Part shown: in pieces, positions 1 through 8,463 of the stretch
Position numbering within the stretch: position 1 is the stretch's first letter
How the letters are laid out: each line of letters starts with the position of its first letter
Origin: Polyangiales bacterium
Lineage (GTDB): Bacteria > Myxococcota_A > Polyangia > Polyangiales > Ga0077539
Reading direction: 5' to 3'
NCBI GenBank assembly: GCA_044229975.1
Contig: JBGARZ010000018.1
Coordinates: 96,001-160,000 of the forward strand
Length of the DNA stretch: 64,000 nt
Position numbers and translations under genes: made by a program
Notes under the pieces: generated by a model
Database searches by the model: none
The model's input: only the letters and a program-made list of their open reading frames with translations
Told to the model about the DNA's origin: nothing

Positions 1-1173
1 GGCGACATCAACGGCGACGGGTTCCCCGACGTCGTGACGCTTGAGCGGTACTGGTACGCCAACCCGCAGACGCTGCTGCTCCTGCGCGGCGGCCCGACCA
101 CCTTCACGGCCGCGGGCCGACAGCGCTACACGCTCCCCGCCAACGGCGTGGTCGCAGACCTCATGGGCGTCGGTGACGTCGACGGCGACGGCTACGCCGA
201 CCTCGGCGTGGCGCAGATGGAGTCGTCGGTCGGCGGCGGCGGCGAGCGCGCGATGTCGGTGGTGTACGGCAGCGCCGCAGGCCTCAGCGCGCGCACCACG
301 CGCATCCCCTACCCCCGCGACGGCGTAGCCTCCGGGGCGTCCCTCTTCGTGGTGGGCCTCGGCGACGTGGACGGCGACGGCTACGACGACGTCGCGCAGA
401 GCCACTACAACGGCGTCTCGATCCGGCGGCTCATCGTGTTCCGCGGCGGGCCGATGGGACTGTCGACGACGCCCGCAGTGACCCTCACGGGGATGCTCAA
501 CCCCATCGCGCGGGGCGACGTGGACGGCGACGGCTACACCGACGCCGCTGCGACGGTGGATTTCCCTTGGGCGCCCATGACCCCGGGCGTGCCCTTCGGG
601 CGGCAGGTGGTGGTCTACTGGGGCAGCGCGACGGGCCTCTCGGCCGAGCGGGTCAGCTACGTGCAGGGGCCCTGGCGCGTCGAGGCTGAACTGATCACCT
701 GCTTCAGCAGCTGCCAGCGCGTCGACGGCCGTTACGTCGACCCGTACATCCTCTCGATCGCCGCCGCGGGCGACGTCACGGGCGACGGCGGCAACGACCT
801 GTGGCTGAGCGGAACCCTGACCGCGCGGACGACCGAGCGGGCGCTCTTCCTGGTCACGGCTGGTCCGGGGCGCGTGTTGTCCGTGCGCGAGACGCCGTTC
901 GAGACCCCCGGCACCGACCCGCTGCGCGGGCGGCAGGTGCCGTACACCAACCTCGCCTGCCCCGGCGACTGGAACGGCGACGGCTTCGACGACATCGCCA
1001 CGCACACCAGCGTGCTGCACCCGATCACCCGAACCCGCTCGGACTACCCCGTGACGGTGAGCTTGTTCCCCGGCTCCCGCACGGCCGCCTCGGCCCCCGC
1101 CCTGTTGACGCTCAGCAACGGCGGAGGCCCCTCCAACAGCGGTTACGGGGAGCGCATCCTCGGAATCTGGTGA
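1..1173 (+). CDS. FG-GAP/VCBS repeat protein (5'-partial)
   Basis: Frame is open from base 1 (GDINGDGFPDV). Repeated GDVDGDGYxD Ca-binding motifs and V-Y/F-x-G-S/G motifs. Confidence 0.85.
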   Translation, partial: GDINGDGFPDVVTLERYWYANPQTLLLLRGGPTTFTAAGRQRYTLPANGVVADLMGVGDVDGDGYADLGVAQMESSVGGGGERAMSVVYGSAAGLSARTTRIPYPRDGVASGASLFVVGLGDVDGDGYDDVAQSHYNGVSIRRLIVFRGGPMGLSTTPAVTLTGMLNPIARGDVDGDGYTDAAATVDFPWAPMTPGVPFGRQVVVYWGSATGLSAERVSYVQGPWRVEAELITCFSSCQRVDGRYVDPYILSIAAAGDVTGDGGNDLWLSGTLTARTTERALFLVTAGPGRVLSVRETPFETPGTDPLRGRQVPYTNLACPGDWNGDGFDDIATHTSVLHPITRTRSDYPVTVSLFPGSRTAASAPALLTLSNGGGPSNSGYGERILGIW

Positions 1174-1698
1174 GCGATGCTCGCCCGAGGGTCGTGCGTG
1201 GCGCGCCTGGTCGTCGAGGCTTAGGAGGAGCCCGACCACCTTCCGTCCGTGCGTCCGTCCCCGGACCAGTGCTCCCGCTTGTCCGGACCTCGGCTCAATA
1301 CGGCGCACCCTGACTCGTTCGAAGCAATCTCGCCGAGCGAGACGTGCACCTTCATCAAGGGTCGGTTCGTTGGCGTCCGAACCAACCTGAAGCGGGGTCG
1401 ACGTCGTTTGGGCCCGGCTGTTCGGGTACCGTTTACCCCATTTCGCGCACCAATTTGAAGCGCCGTCGCCCGACCGGCACGGTGTGGACCTCCAAAGTCT
1501 CTCATATCATCGCCAATTTCGGTCGCGTCAGTGATATGAAGTACGGCCAGCAAACAAGGTGGATAAATTGGGCTACTTCAAATTCCCTCGCCCGCTGCAA
1601 CAAACCCCCTCGTTGCCGCTGGTCGGCCCCACCCGCGCCTCCTGCTCCCGCAGTCGATCCCTCCAACCCCCTCGGCGGACCCCACCTTGAAAGCGCCC

Positions 1699-2676
1699 AT
1701 GAACCTCACGCCCAGCGAGACCACTGTGCCAGGCCCCGCCACGCTCCCGACGCCCCCCGAGGGGACGGCGCTACTGACGATCGGCAGGATCCGACTCGGC
1801 TCCCATCGGCGCGGGGGCAAGCGCGAACACGTCGCCCGAGTGGCTCCGGCGGACCTTCGCGCCGCGTTGCTGTCGCAAGCCCCCGGGCGGTACCGGGTGG
1901 CGTGTCTCAACCGTCGCGGACACTTCGTTGCGGGTGGTTCGTTCGTCGTCGAGGTGTCGGGCGGGACCCACGAGCCGGTGAAGGTCCAGGCCAGAACCCC
2001 CGGCGACTACCCCCGTCGGCCGGTGTCGGCCGAGCACGGAATCAGGCGGGGGACGCAGCGGATCGAGCAGCGGAACCAGGTGCTCCAGGCCGATCTGCGC
2101 GAGGCGTACACCGCTCGCGCACGCGCGGAGCGTGTCGCGGCCACGCAGCGGGAGCAGCACTCAAGGGAGTCGCTCCACCTCCACGCAACCGTCGAGACGC
2201 TGGTGGAGCAGGTCGAACGCCTCGTCGATCGGGTGAAGGAGCTGGAGGCCCAGCAAGACGAGCGGCAGAGGAAGGGTCGCGCCGACCTGACCAGGGTGCG
2301 CGAGGAGCTCGCGAACGAGCGGCGACAGCGGGAGGACGTCGTCGCCCGGTTGGCCGCGGACATCGTCTCCCTGCGCGGGGCATCTCCCGTGATCGACCGG
2401 GAACCACGATGGTCAACCCCGGGTGTCGTCGGATCGGGGTCCGCGTCGGTCGATCACGGGCCAGCGCCTATCGCGGCGTCGCCCGCGCCCCCTGTGCCGG
2501 GACCTCCACCCCGGACCGTGGCGCCCGGCTTCGCGGCCCTGGCCAACGTGCGGGCGGTCGTCCAGCAGCCCGGGACGCCCGGTGAAAGGTCGTCGACATC
2601 CGCTGGAGTCAGGTCGCCCGACTACGTCGAAGGTCTCGACGACTTCTTCCGCCTGCGACCCCCGCGCCCGAAGTAG
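1699..2676 (+). CDS. hypothetical protein with central coiled coil
   Basis: GC3-rich ORF. Heptad E/R/Q-rich helix (IEQRNQVLQADLRE...LVEQVERLVDRVKELEA) and Pro-rich tail. ATG at 1699. Confidence 0.6.
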   Translation: MNLTPSETTVPGPATLPTPPEGTALLTIGRIRLGSHRRGGKREHVARVAPADLRAALLSQAPGRYRVACLNRRGHFVAGGSFVVEVSGGTHEPVKVQARTPGDYPRRPVSAEHGIRRGTQRIEQRNQVLQADLREAYTARARAERVAATQREQHSRESLHLHATVETLVEQVERLVDRVKELEAQQDERQRKGRADLTRVREELANERRQREDVVARLAADIVSLRGASPVIDREPRWSTPGVVGSGSASVDHGPAPIAASPAPPVPGPPPRTVAPGFAALANVRAVVQQPGTPGERSSTSAGVRSPDYVEGLDDFFRLRPPRPK

Positions 2677-3182
2677 GGCCGGTCGGACACCGCGCTGCGC
2701 CCACCGGGACCCCAACGGCGACGAGCGCCCGGCGTCACGACAGGCGCATTGGCCGCGATCCGCTCGCGCCCGGGAAGTGCCGTCTGGCGCGCAAATAGCT
2801 GGAGCTCAGGGCGATTCTTGCGGAGGTACGCCCGCTCTCCTTCCGCACGGTGGACGAGCCTCCAGGCCCAGCGGGACGTGAAGTTCGCATGGATTCCCGA
2901 CATTCTCAGTGTCTTTCGCGGCGAGGCGGGGCGTGGCCAACGGGTCGATCGCGGAGTGTGCCGGACCCGTCCATCGGTCCGCTCGGGGCTCCTACCGCCC
3001 CCTTTCACCCCACCAAGTGACCCGTCTTAGCAAAAAGCAGAAAAGTCATGCCACGCCTGAGTGCTGTCCGGGCCTCGACGACGAATTTTCTTCACGTCGG
3101 CGGACCGGCGGCGCGTGCTGGAGAAACAGCCCTCGCGTCATCACGCAGGGGCGGCCTCTCCCCCATCCAAGGAGCCTCCACC

Positions 3183-4574
3183 ATGAACTACCCGATCCAC
3201 TGCGACTGGGCCTCCTTCCCCCAAAGCGATGTCATCCCGCGACCGCTCCGCCCCCTGGTGCTCGACCGACCGGCCCCCGTAGCGGTGCCGTCGCTGGTGG
3301 GGTGCGCCATCGCCGCCCTCATCGAGCGGGGGCGGGAGCTCGCCCGGGCGATCGCCCGCGGCATCATCAAGTTCGTCGAGCTCTGCCAGCAGTTCTTGGT
3401 CAACCTCGGGCTTCTGCCCGCCGCGCCGACCCCCATCGCGCCCACGGCGGTCGTCGCCCCGTCGCTTGATGTCGCCGCGCAGAGGTGGGCGATGACGGCC
3501 GCGGCGGAGTGGGCCGACTTCGGTTGCGCGCCGCCGACCGCCGCGACGGGAGTGCCCCCGCTCCCCGCCCCAATGAACGTCGTGCCGTGCTCGCCCCCTG
3601 ACGCACCGCCGATCAGCTCGACGGCCGGGCCCATCGACCCGGTACGCGTCGAGGTCCACCAGGATGCGCCGATGATCGACGAGCCCGCGCCGAGCCTCGA
3701 TCTTTCCCGCGCGTGGCTCAAGGCCACCAACCCGCTAAGGGACGACGAGCCTTCGACCGAAGGGGTCGCGTGGGACGAGCTCCCCGTCGACGAGGTGCAG
3801 GGGATCCTCAGCATCGCGGTGTCCTCGCGGGCCCGCACCGTCCACGGCGTCCGTCCCGGGTGCGAGCGCGATGTGCTCCACCACTGGCTCGGCACCGTCT
3901 CCAGGATCGCGTACGACGACCCCGGCCAGCGGCTCCACTGGATGGCCACCCTCGCGCCCTCGCTGGCGCGCAACGGGATCGCCGACGACCGCAGGGTAGA
4001 GCTGATCGAGGCCGTCGTCGGATGGCTCGACGACGTGGACCGCGGGGATCCGCAGGCCGTGCTCGGCGCTCTGCGAGCTGTGGAGCGGATCGCAGCCTCG
4101 GGGATCGACCCGGACGGCAACCTGCTCGAGCAGACCGGCTCGGTGTGGTTCAAGCGCGCATGGCCGAGGATGTGTGGGGGCGACGCCGGAGAGCTGCTCC
4201 GGGTCGGCGTGACGCAGATGACCGCGGCCCTCGCCCGACGCGAAGGATCACGCGCCCGGATGTTCGCGCACATGATCCTGGCACTCGCCCCGGCCTGCTA
4301 CGTCGACGTCGCCGAGCGACTCACGTGGTTCGCCCGCGCCGTAGCGCGGCCCATCGGCCTGGCCGGCCTCGACGGTGCGCCGGTGCGCGACGTCCTGACC
4401 GGGGGACTGGGCCGCTGGTTCGAGACGCTTAAGAGAGGGTCGACGTGCGGGGCCGTCGACGTCGTCCTCGAGTGGTGGAGCTCACCCATGGGAGCCTGCA
4501 CACACGAGGCGTCGATCGCTGGATGCCTCTCAGCGGCACGACCCGGCCCCAGCGACCACGTCTTGAACGAGTGA
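3183..4574 (+). CDS. hypothetical protein with tandem duplicated helical domain
   Basis: AAGGAG RBS upstream of ATG 3183. Internal repeat YDDPGQRLHWMA / YVDVAERLTWFA, 129 aa apart. Confidence 0.6.
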   Translation: MNYPIHCDWASFPQSDVIPRPLRPLVLDRPAPVAVPSLVGCAIAALIERGRELARAIARGIIKFVELCQQFLVNLGLLPAAPTPIAPTAVVAPSLDVAAQRWAMTAAAEWADFGCAPPTAATGVPPLPAPMNVVPCSPPDAPPISSTAGPIDPVRVEVHQDAPMIDEPAPSLDLSRAWLKATNPLRDDEPSTEGVAWDELPVDEVQGILSIAVSSRARTVHGVRPGCERDVLHHWLGTVSRIAYDDPGQRLHWMATLAPSLARNGIADDRRVELIEAVVGWLDDVDRGDPQAVLGALRAVERIAASGIDPDGNLLEQTGSVWFKRAWPRMCGGDAGELLRVGVTQMTAALARREGSRARMFAHMILALAPACYVDVAERLTWFARAVARPIGLAGLDGAPVRDVLTGGLGRWFETLKRGSTCGAVDVVLEWWSSPMGACTHEASIAGCLSAARPGPSDHVLNE

Positions 4575-5176
4575 GTGCAGGTCACGGCGTGGGCTGCTGA
4601 GAGGACGACTGTCCTGTTCGAAGATGAAGAGCGGCCGCCGCGAGACGGTGGTCGCGAAGGTCGGCCCGCGCGCCGACAGGTGCCGACGCGATCGAGCACC
4701 TGGTGGAGCTGGTCCACCACCGCGCGCACGGTCGTGAGGTCGGCTTCGCGGATCGGCTTCGCGTGCGCGTCCTCACGGTGCGCGTTCAGCACCTCGAGCA
4801 GCGCCACGCACTGCGCCCGGCTCAGGCGCTCGCCGGCGTCGGCGACGCCTTCGTCTACCCGCGCACGCGCATCGACGGCCTCGGCACGTGGCTGCTGGGC
4901 ACGCCGGGCTGCATCGTCATCGCGCCGCTCTGGGCCGCGCCAGCGGACGACACCTTACGTGCAGAACGGCGACGGAACGCTCGGGGCGGGCCCCCGCCGG
5001 GCCTGACTCGCGTCCCCTCTGAAGGCCTCTGCGACCTGGTGCGCGGGTACCTTGACGGCTCGCTGACGCGGGACGGCGTCGAGGTGTCGGAGCCCGCGCG
5101 CGTCGAGCTCTTCCCGGCGACGCTCGACCCGGACAACGTTGACATCCAGCCTGCGGCCGTCGTGCCCGTCACCGTC

Positions 5177-5539
5177 CGCGTGCGGCTCCCGGCCGAGCGT
5201 GGTGCTCGGCTGCTTGCGCGTGATGGCGATCACCGCGCGCAGACCCGGCCGCGCCCGCTCGGCCGCCTTCACGAGCTCGAGCGTGTCGCGCAGCGCGAAG
5301 AGGTCCAGGCCCGAGGGAACCGAGGGCAGCACGATCAGGTCGGCGACCATCACGGCCGCGCGCTGCACGTCGCCGCGCCGGGGGCAGTCGATCACCGTGA
5401 TGTCGTAGGCGGAGGCCAGGTGCGGCACCTGCGTGTGCGACTGCGCCCCGAGCGCCATCGCGGCGACGGCGGGGATGCGCGTGCCGAGCGCCGCGGCGAC
5501 GTCGGCCCAGGCGCGCCCGCTGCCCTGCGGGTCACCGTC
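5177..5539 (-). pseudogene. ParA-family ATPase internal fragment (no Walker A, no C-terminus)
   Basis: DGDPQGS..W, YDITVIDCP, ADLIVLP and LDLFAL motifs are present. No KGGxGKT upstream. Confidence 0.75.
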
Positions 5540-5638
5540 GCGCGCTTCATCGACTTCGGCTGCACGCCCGACAACGCCGCGCGGCTCTTGCGGGCGCGTA
5601 CGACTACCCACGACCGCCGGGCGGCCTGAGCCCGCGTG

Positions 5639-5869
5639 CTACCGCGGCCGTCGCACGGGCGGGAACACGTCGGCACGGGAGAGCGCCGCGGCCGCCTCGT
5701 CGAGCCCCGTCCAGTCGATCGCGTCGGCCTCGACGCCGACCGTGAACCAGGTCGCCGCGCGGTCGCGCCGGTACTGCTCCATCATCACGACGCGCGCGGG
5801 CACGTCCGCCCCCGGCGGGACGACGGCGGGCTCGATCTGCGCCAGGGGAACGACCGTCCAAAGGATCAC
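5639..5869 (-). CDS. small hypothetical protein
   Basis: GC3-biased 76-aa ORF with protein-like composition. Start uncertain. Confidence 0.35.
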   Translation of the reverse strand: MILWTVVPLAQIEPAVVPPGADVPARVVMMEQYRRDRAATWFTVGVEADAIDWTGLDEAAAALSRADVFPPVRRPR

Positions 5870-6007
5870 GGCGCGCGTCGCTACGCCGGTGCGGGAAGCG
5901 GGCGCACGCCTTTCGACGTTGGTCCGTCATGCCCCGCCCGCGCCCCCGCTGCCGCGCGTCGCGCCGCCGTCGCTGCACGGGCGTCCCCGCGTCGACGTGC
6001 GACCCGA

Positions 6008-6357
6008 TGCACGGGCCGATCGACCTCTTCGCCACGCCGCGAGTGTCGTGCGAGGGCGGCTTCGCGGCGTTCGACCGGCGGCGCGCGGCCGAGGCGATCA
6101 CCTACGACGCGAGTGACTCGCCGTGGATGCAGAGTCGCCTACGGGGCCTCGCGCGCTCGTACGAGTGGCTGCTCGCGCAGGAGCGGGAGGAGTCCTCAGC
6201 GCGGTGCGCCGCGGGCGTCGGGATGCTCGTGCCCCTCGGCGCGCGCCGGCGCCCGCGGCCGCTCGTGCGCACGGGCCTGGTGCCCGCGGTGCTGCCCGCC
6301 GCGTTCGGGCTCGCGTGGTGCCGCGTGGGGCTTGCGACGCGCAGCGCTCGCCGATGA
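6008..6357 (+). CDS. small hypothetical protein
   Basis: GC3-biased ORF starting MHGPIDLF. No recognisable domain. Confidence 0.35.
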
Positions 6358-6374
6358 CGCTCACGCCGCCCGAC

Positions 6375-6607
6375 TCAACCCACGCGGCGCTGCAAGTACA
6401 CCACCGCGGTCCGCGTCTCGCGCGGCCAGAGATGCACGAGCGCTTCGAGCGTCTCGTTGCGCACCGTCGCGGTCGCGCACACCGCGCGGATCACCCACTG
6501 CCCGAGATCCTGGCTCGCGCGCTCGACCCGCACGCCGGCAGCGCGTCGAGTTGCTCGACGAGGCGGGCGACCTGGGCGGCGATGAGCGGGGCGAGGCGGT
6601 CCGTCAT
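6375..6607 (-). pseudogene. small frameshifted ORF coupled to the GGDEF gene
   Basis: ATG overlaps the GGDEF stop (ATGA). The coding-like frame switches near 6536, from MTDRLAPLIAAQVARLVEQLDALP to GVRVERASQDLGQW... Confidence 0.45.
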
Positions 6608-7458
6608 GCATCCCGCGAAGTTGTCACGACCTCAGCCGGCGCTCCGTCCCATGCGAGGCAACTCGGGCATCCCGGCGAGCTCCGCGCCAAGGTCTTTGCC
6701 TCGGACTGCCGGCCGTCCGCACGCGACTTGAGCGCATCGACGCCGCCCGTACGCTCGGCCGCTGTGACCACACCGGCAGCAGTGCGCAGCGTGATCGTCT
6801 CCACCTCCTGCTCGCTCAGGGTGACGAGGAATCGGCGAACGCGCGCGACGCCCACCTCGAGCGGCGTCTGCGGCATGAGGACAATGACCTCGTCGGCCCC
6901 ACCGGAGAGACGATAAGCTTCGCCGACCCCCTCGAAGCACACCGCGACGTGGCTGAGGTACGAGCGGATGGCCTGGTCACCTACGTCGTGGCCCTTCTCG
7001 TTGAACCGCTTCACTTCGTTCAGATCGAAGAACGCGACGCACAGCGGGTGCTCGGCGTCGACGTCCAGCAAGGCGACCTCAGCGTCTCGACGGAAGTGAC
7101 GCCCATCCCAGATCAACCCCATCGGCTCGCGGATGCGCCCCGACGCAAGTTGGTCTCGCAATTCGGCAGCGCGCACCAAGCCCTCGTGCGTGATCGTGAG
7201 CGTCAACTTGCGCCCCTCAAGCGCGCCCCCGACGGCCGTCCACTTGCGACTCCGCATCTGGACGGGAACTTCGTCCCAGCTCATCCGGGCAAGGACGGAC
7301 CCGCTCAGGCCAACCGGCACGGCGTAGTCTCGGAACAAGAGGTGGACCAAGGCACGGCCCTCGTCGCTGTCTGCCTCGTGGCCATCGAAGTCCAAACTCG
7401 ACACATTTGAGAGGGCCGTGAGGAGTCTCAGTTCGGTGACGCGGGGATCGGTTCGCAT
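6604..7458 (-). CDS. GGDEF-domain protein with variant active site and possible N-terminal winged helix
   Basis: FFDLNEVKRFNEKGHDVGDQAI matches the GGDEF N-terminal motif. YRLSGGADEVIVL replaces RxGGDEF. Confidence 0.8.
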   Translation of the reverse strand: MRTDPRVTELRLLTALSNVSSLDFDGHEADSDEGRALVHLLFRDYAVPVGLSGSVLARMSWDEVPVQMRSRKWTAVGGALEGRKLTLTITHEGLVRAAELRDQLASGRIREPMGLIWDGRHFRRDAEVALLDVDAEHPLCVAFFDLNEVKRFNEKGHDVGDQAIRSYLSHVAVCFEGVGEAYRLSGGADEVIVLMPQTPLEVGVARVRRFLVTLSEQEVETITLRTAAGVVTAAERTGGVDALKSRADGRQSEAKTLARSSPGCPSCLAWDGAPAEVVTTSRDA

Positions 7459-7621
7459 GGTGTTCTCAATTGGTTTCGGAGGTTGCGAGTACGGAAACGT
7501 GGGGCTGGCTACGACGCGAGGGCGCACGGCGGGAAGCTCGGTCCCCGCGGATCGCCTCCCAACTCGTCCCAGTGTGCGAGCTCGACGACGCGGTGCGCTC
7601 AAGAAGGATCGCAGCGGGCCT

Positions 7622-8245
7622 CTACTCCACCACGCGGAGGTTCCGCAGCTCGCGCCAGTCGCCACCCTCCAGGGCCTGCTCGAAGCCCGCTGCGATCGCC
7701 TGCGCCCGCAGGCCGCCAGTCGGGTGGGTACACGAGGGTTCCGCGGAGAGCTCGCGCAGGACCACCGTGAGGTAGTCGGGCGGGAAGCCGGTCCTGGCCA
7801 ACACCCACCCGGCGACCGCGTCGGCGCGAAGCTCCTGGAGCTGATTTGGCGAGCAAGACGCGAGGTCGTCCGGCGGGAGGCCGACGTGCTGGAAGCTCAG
7901 GTGCGCGACCTCATGCGCGAGGATGCCGACCAGGATCGCCGCGCGGCACTCGGCGCTGCGGCAGTAGCGCTGGAGCAAGTCCTCCACCCAGCCGCGGTTG
8001 CAGAGGACGGTGAACCCGCGCGGATCGGCGACGAAGGCCGGCTCACCCGGACCGACGGACAGGCCTGGCCAGACGTCGAGGCGCATCACCCGGCAGACGC
8101 GGTCGAGCTCGCCCAGCACCAGGTTGAAGGTGTGGTCGACAGTCGGCGCGTTCGACCCGGGCGCAAGCGCATTGAGGAGCACCGCGCCAAAGATCCCCAG
8201 CGCCACCGCCTCGCCCGCGTTCAACCCGCCGCCGCTCTTCGCCAT
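7622..8245 (-). CDS. M48-like zinc metallopeptidase
   Basis: GILAHEVAH (HEXXH), ELRADAVAG and THP...R motifs. GGAAGGAG RBS. Hydrophobic N-terminal segment. Confidence 0.8.
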   Translation of the reverse strand: MAKSGGGLNAGEAVALGIFGAVLLNALAPGSNAPTVDHTFNLVLGELDRVCRVMRLDVWPGLSVGPGEPAFVADPRGFTVLCNRGWVEDLLQRYCRSAECRAAILVGILAHEVAHLSFQHVGLPPDDLASCSPNQLQELRADAVAGWVLARTGFPPDYLTVVLRELSAEPSCTHPTGGLRAQAIAAGFEQALEGGDWRELRNLRVVE

Positions 8246-8463
8246 GACCGCTCCTTCCATCGAGAGATTCCTTCAGGGTCCCTTCAGGGTATCGCGGGTG
8301 GATCAACGCCCGTGAAGCGCGGGATCCGCGGCAAACCCAGGCGTCGCGGCCAAAATCGACGCGGCACGCGTGCTGAGTCCACGATCGCGGGGCGTCAATC
8401 CTCTGACACTCCTCACGCCCCTTCGAGGTCCGCGGCGAGCGCGGCCTCGACGACAGCACGTAC

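Noticed and set aside
1301..1325. GGCGCACCCTGACTCGTTCGAA as distal att or tRNA remnant
   Set aside because: Only loose similarity to the tRNA-Glu 3' end, and no cloverleaf.
3017..3023. GTGACCC match to the tRNA-Glu 3' end
   Set aside because: A 7-bp match is expected by chance.
4955..5611. Functional parA or plasmid partition locus
   Set aside because: No Walker A, truncated C-terminus, and no parB.
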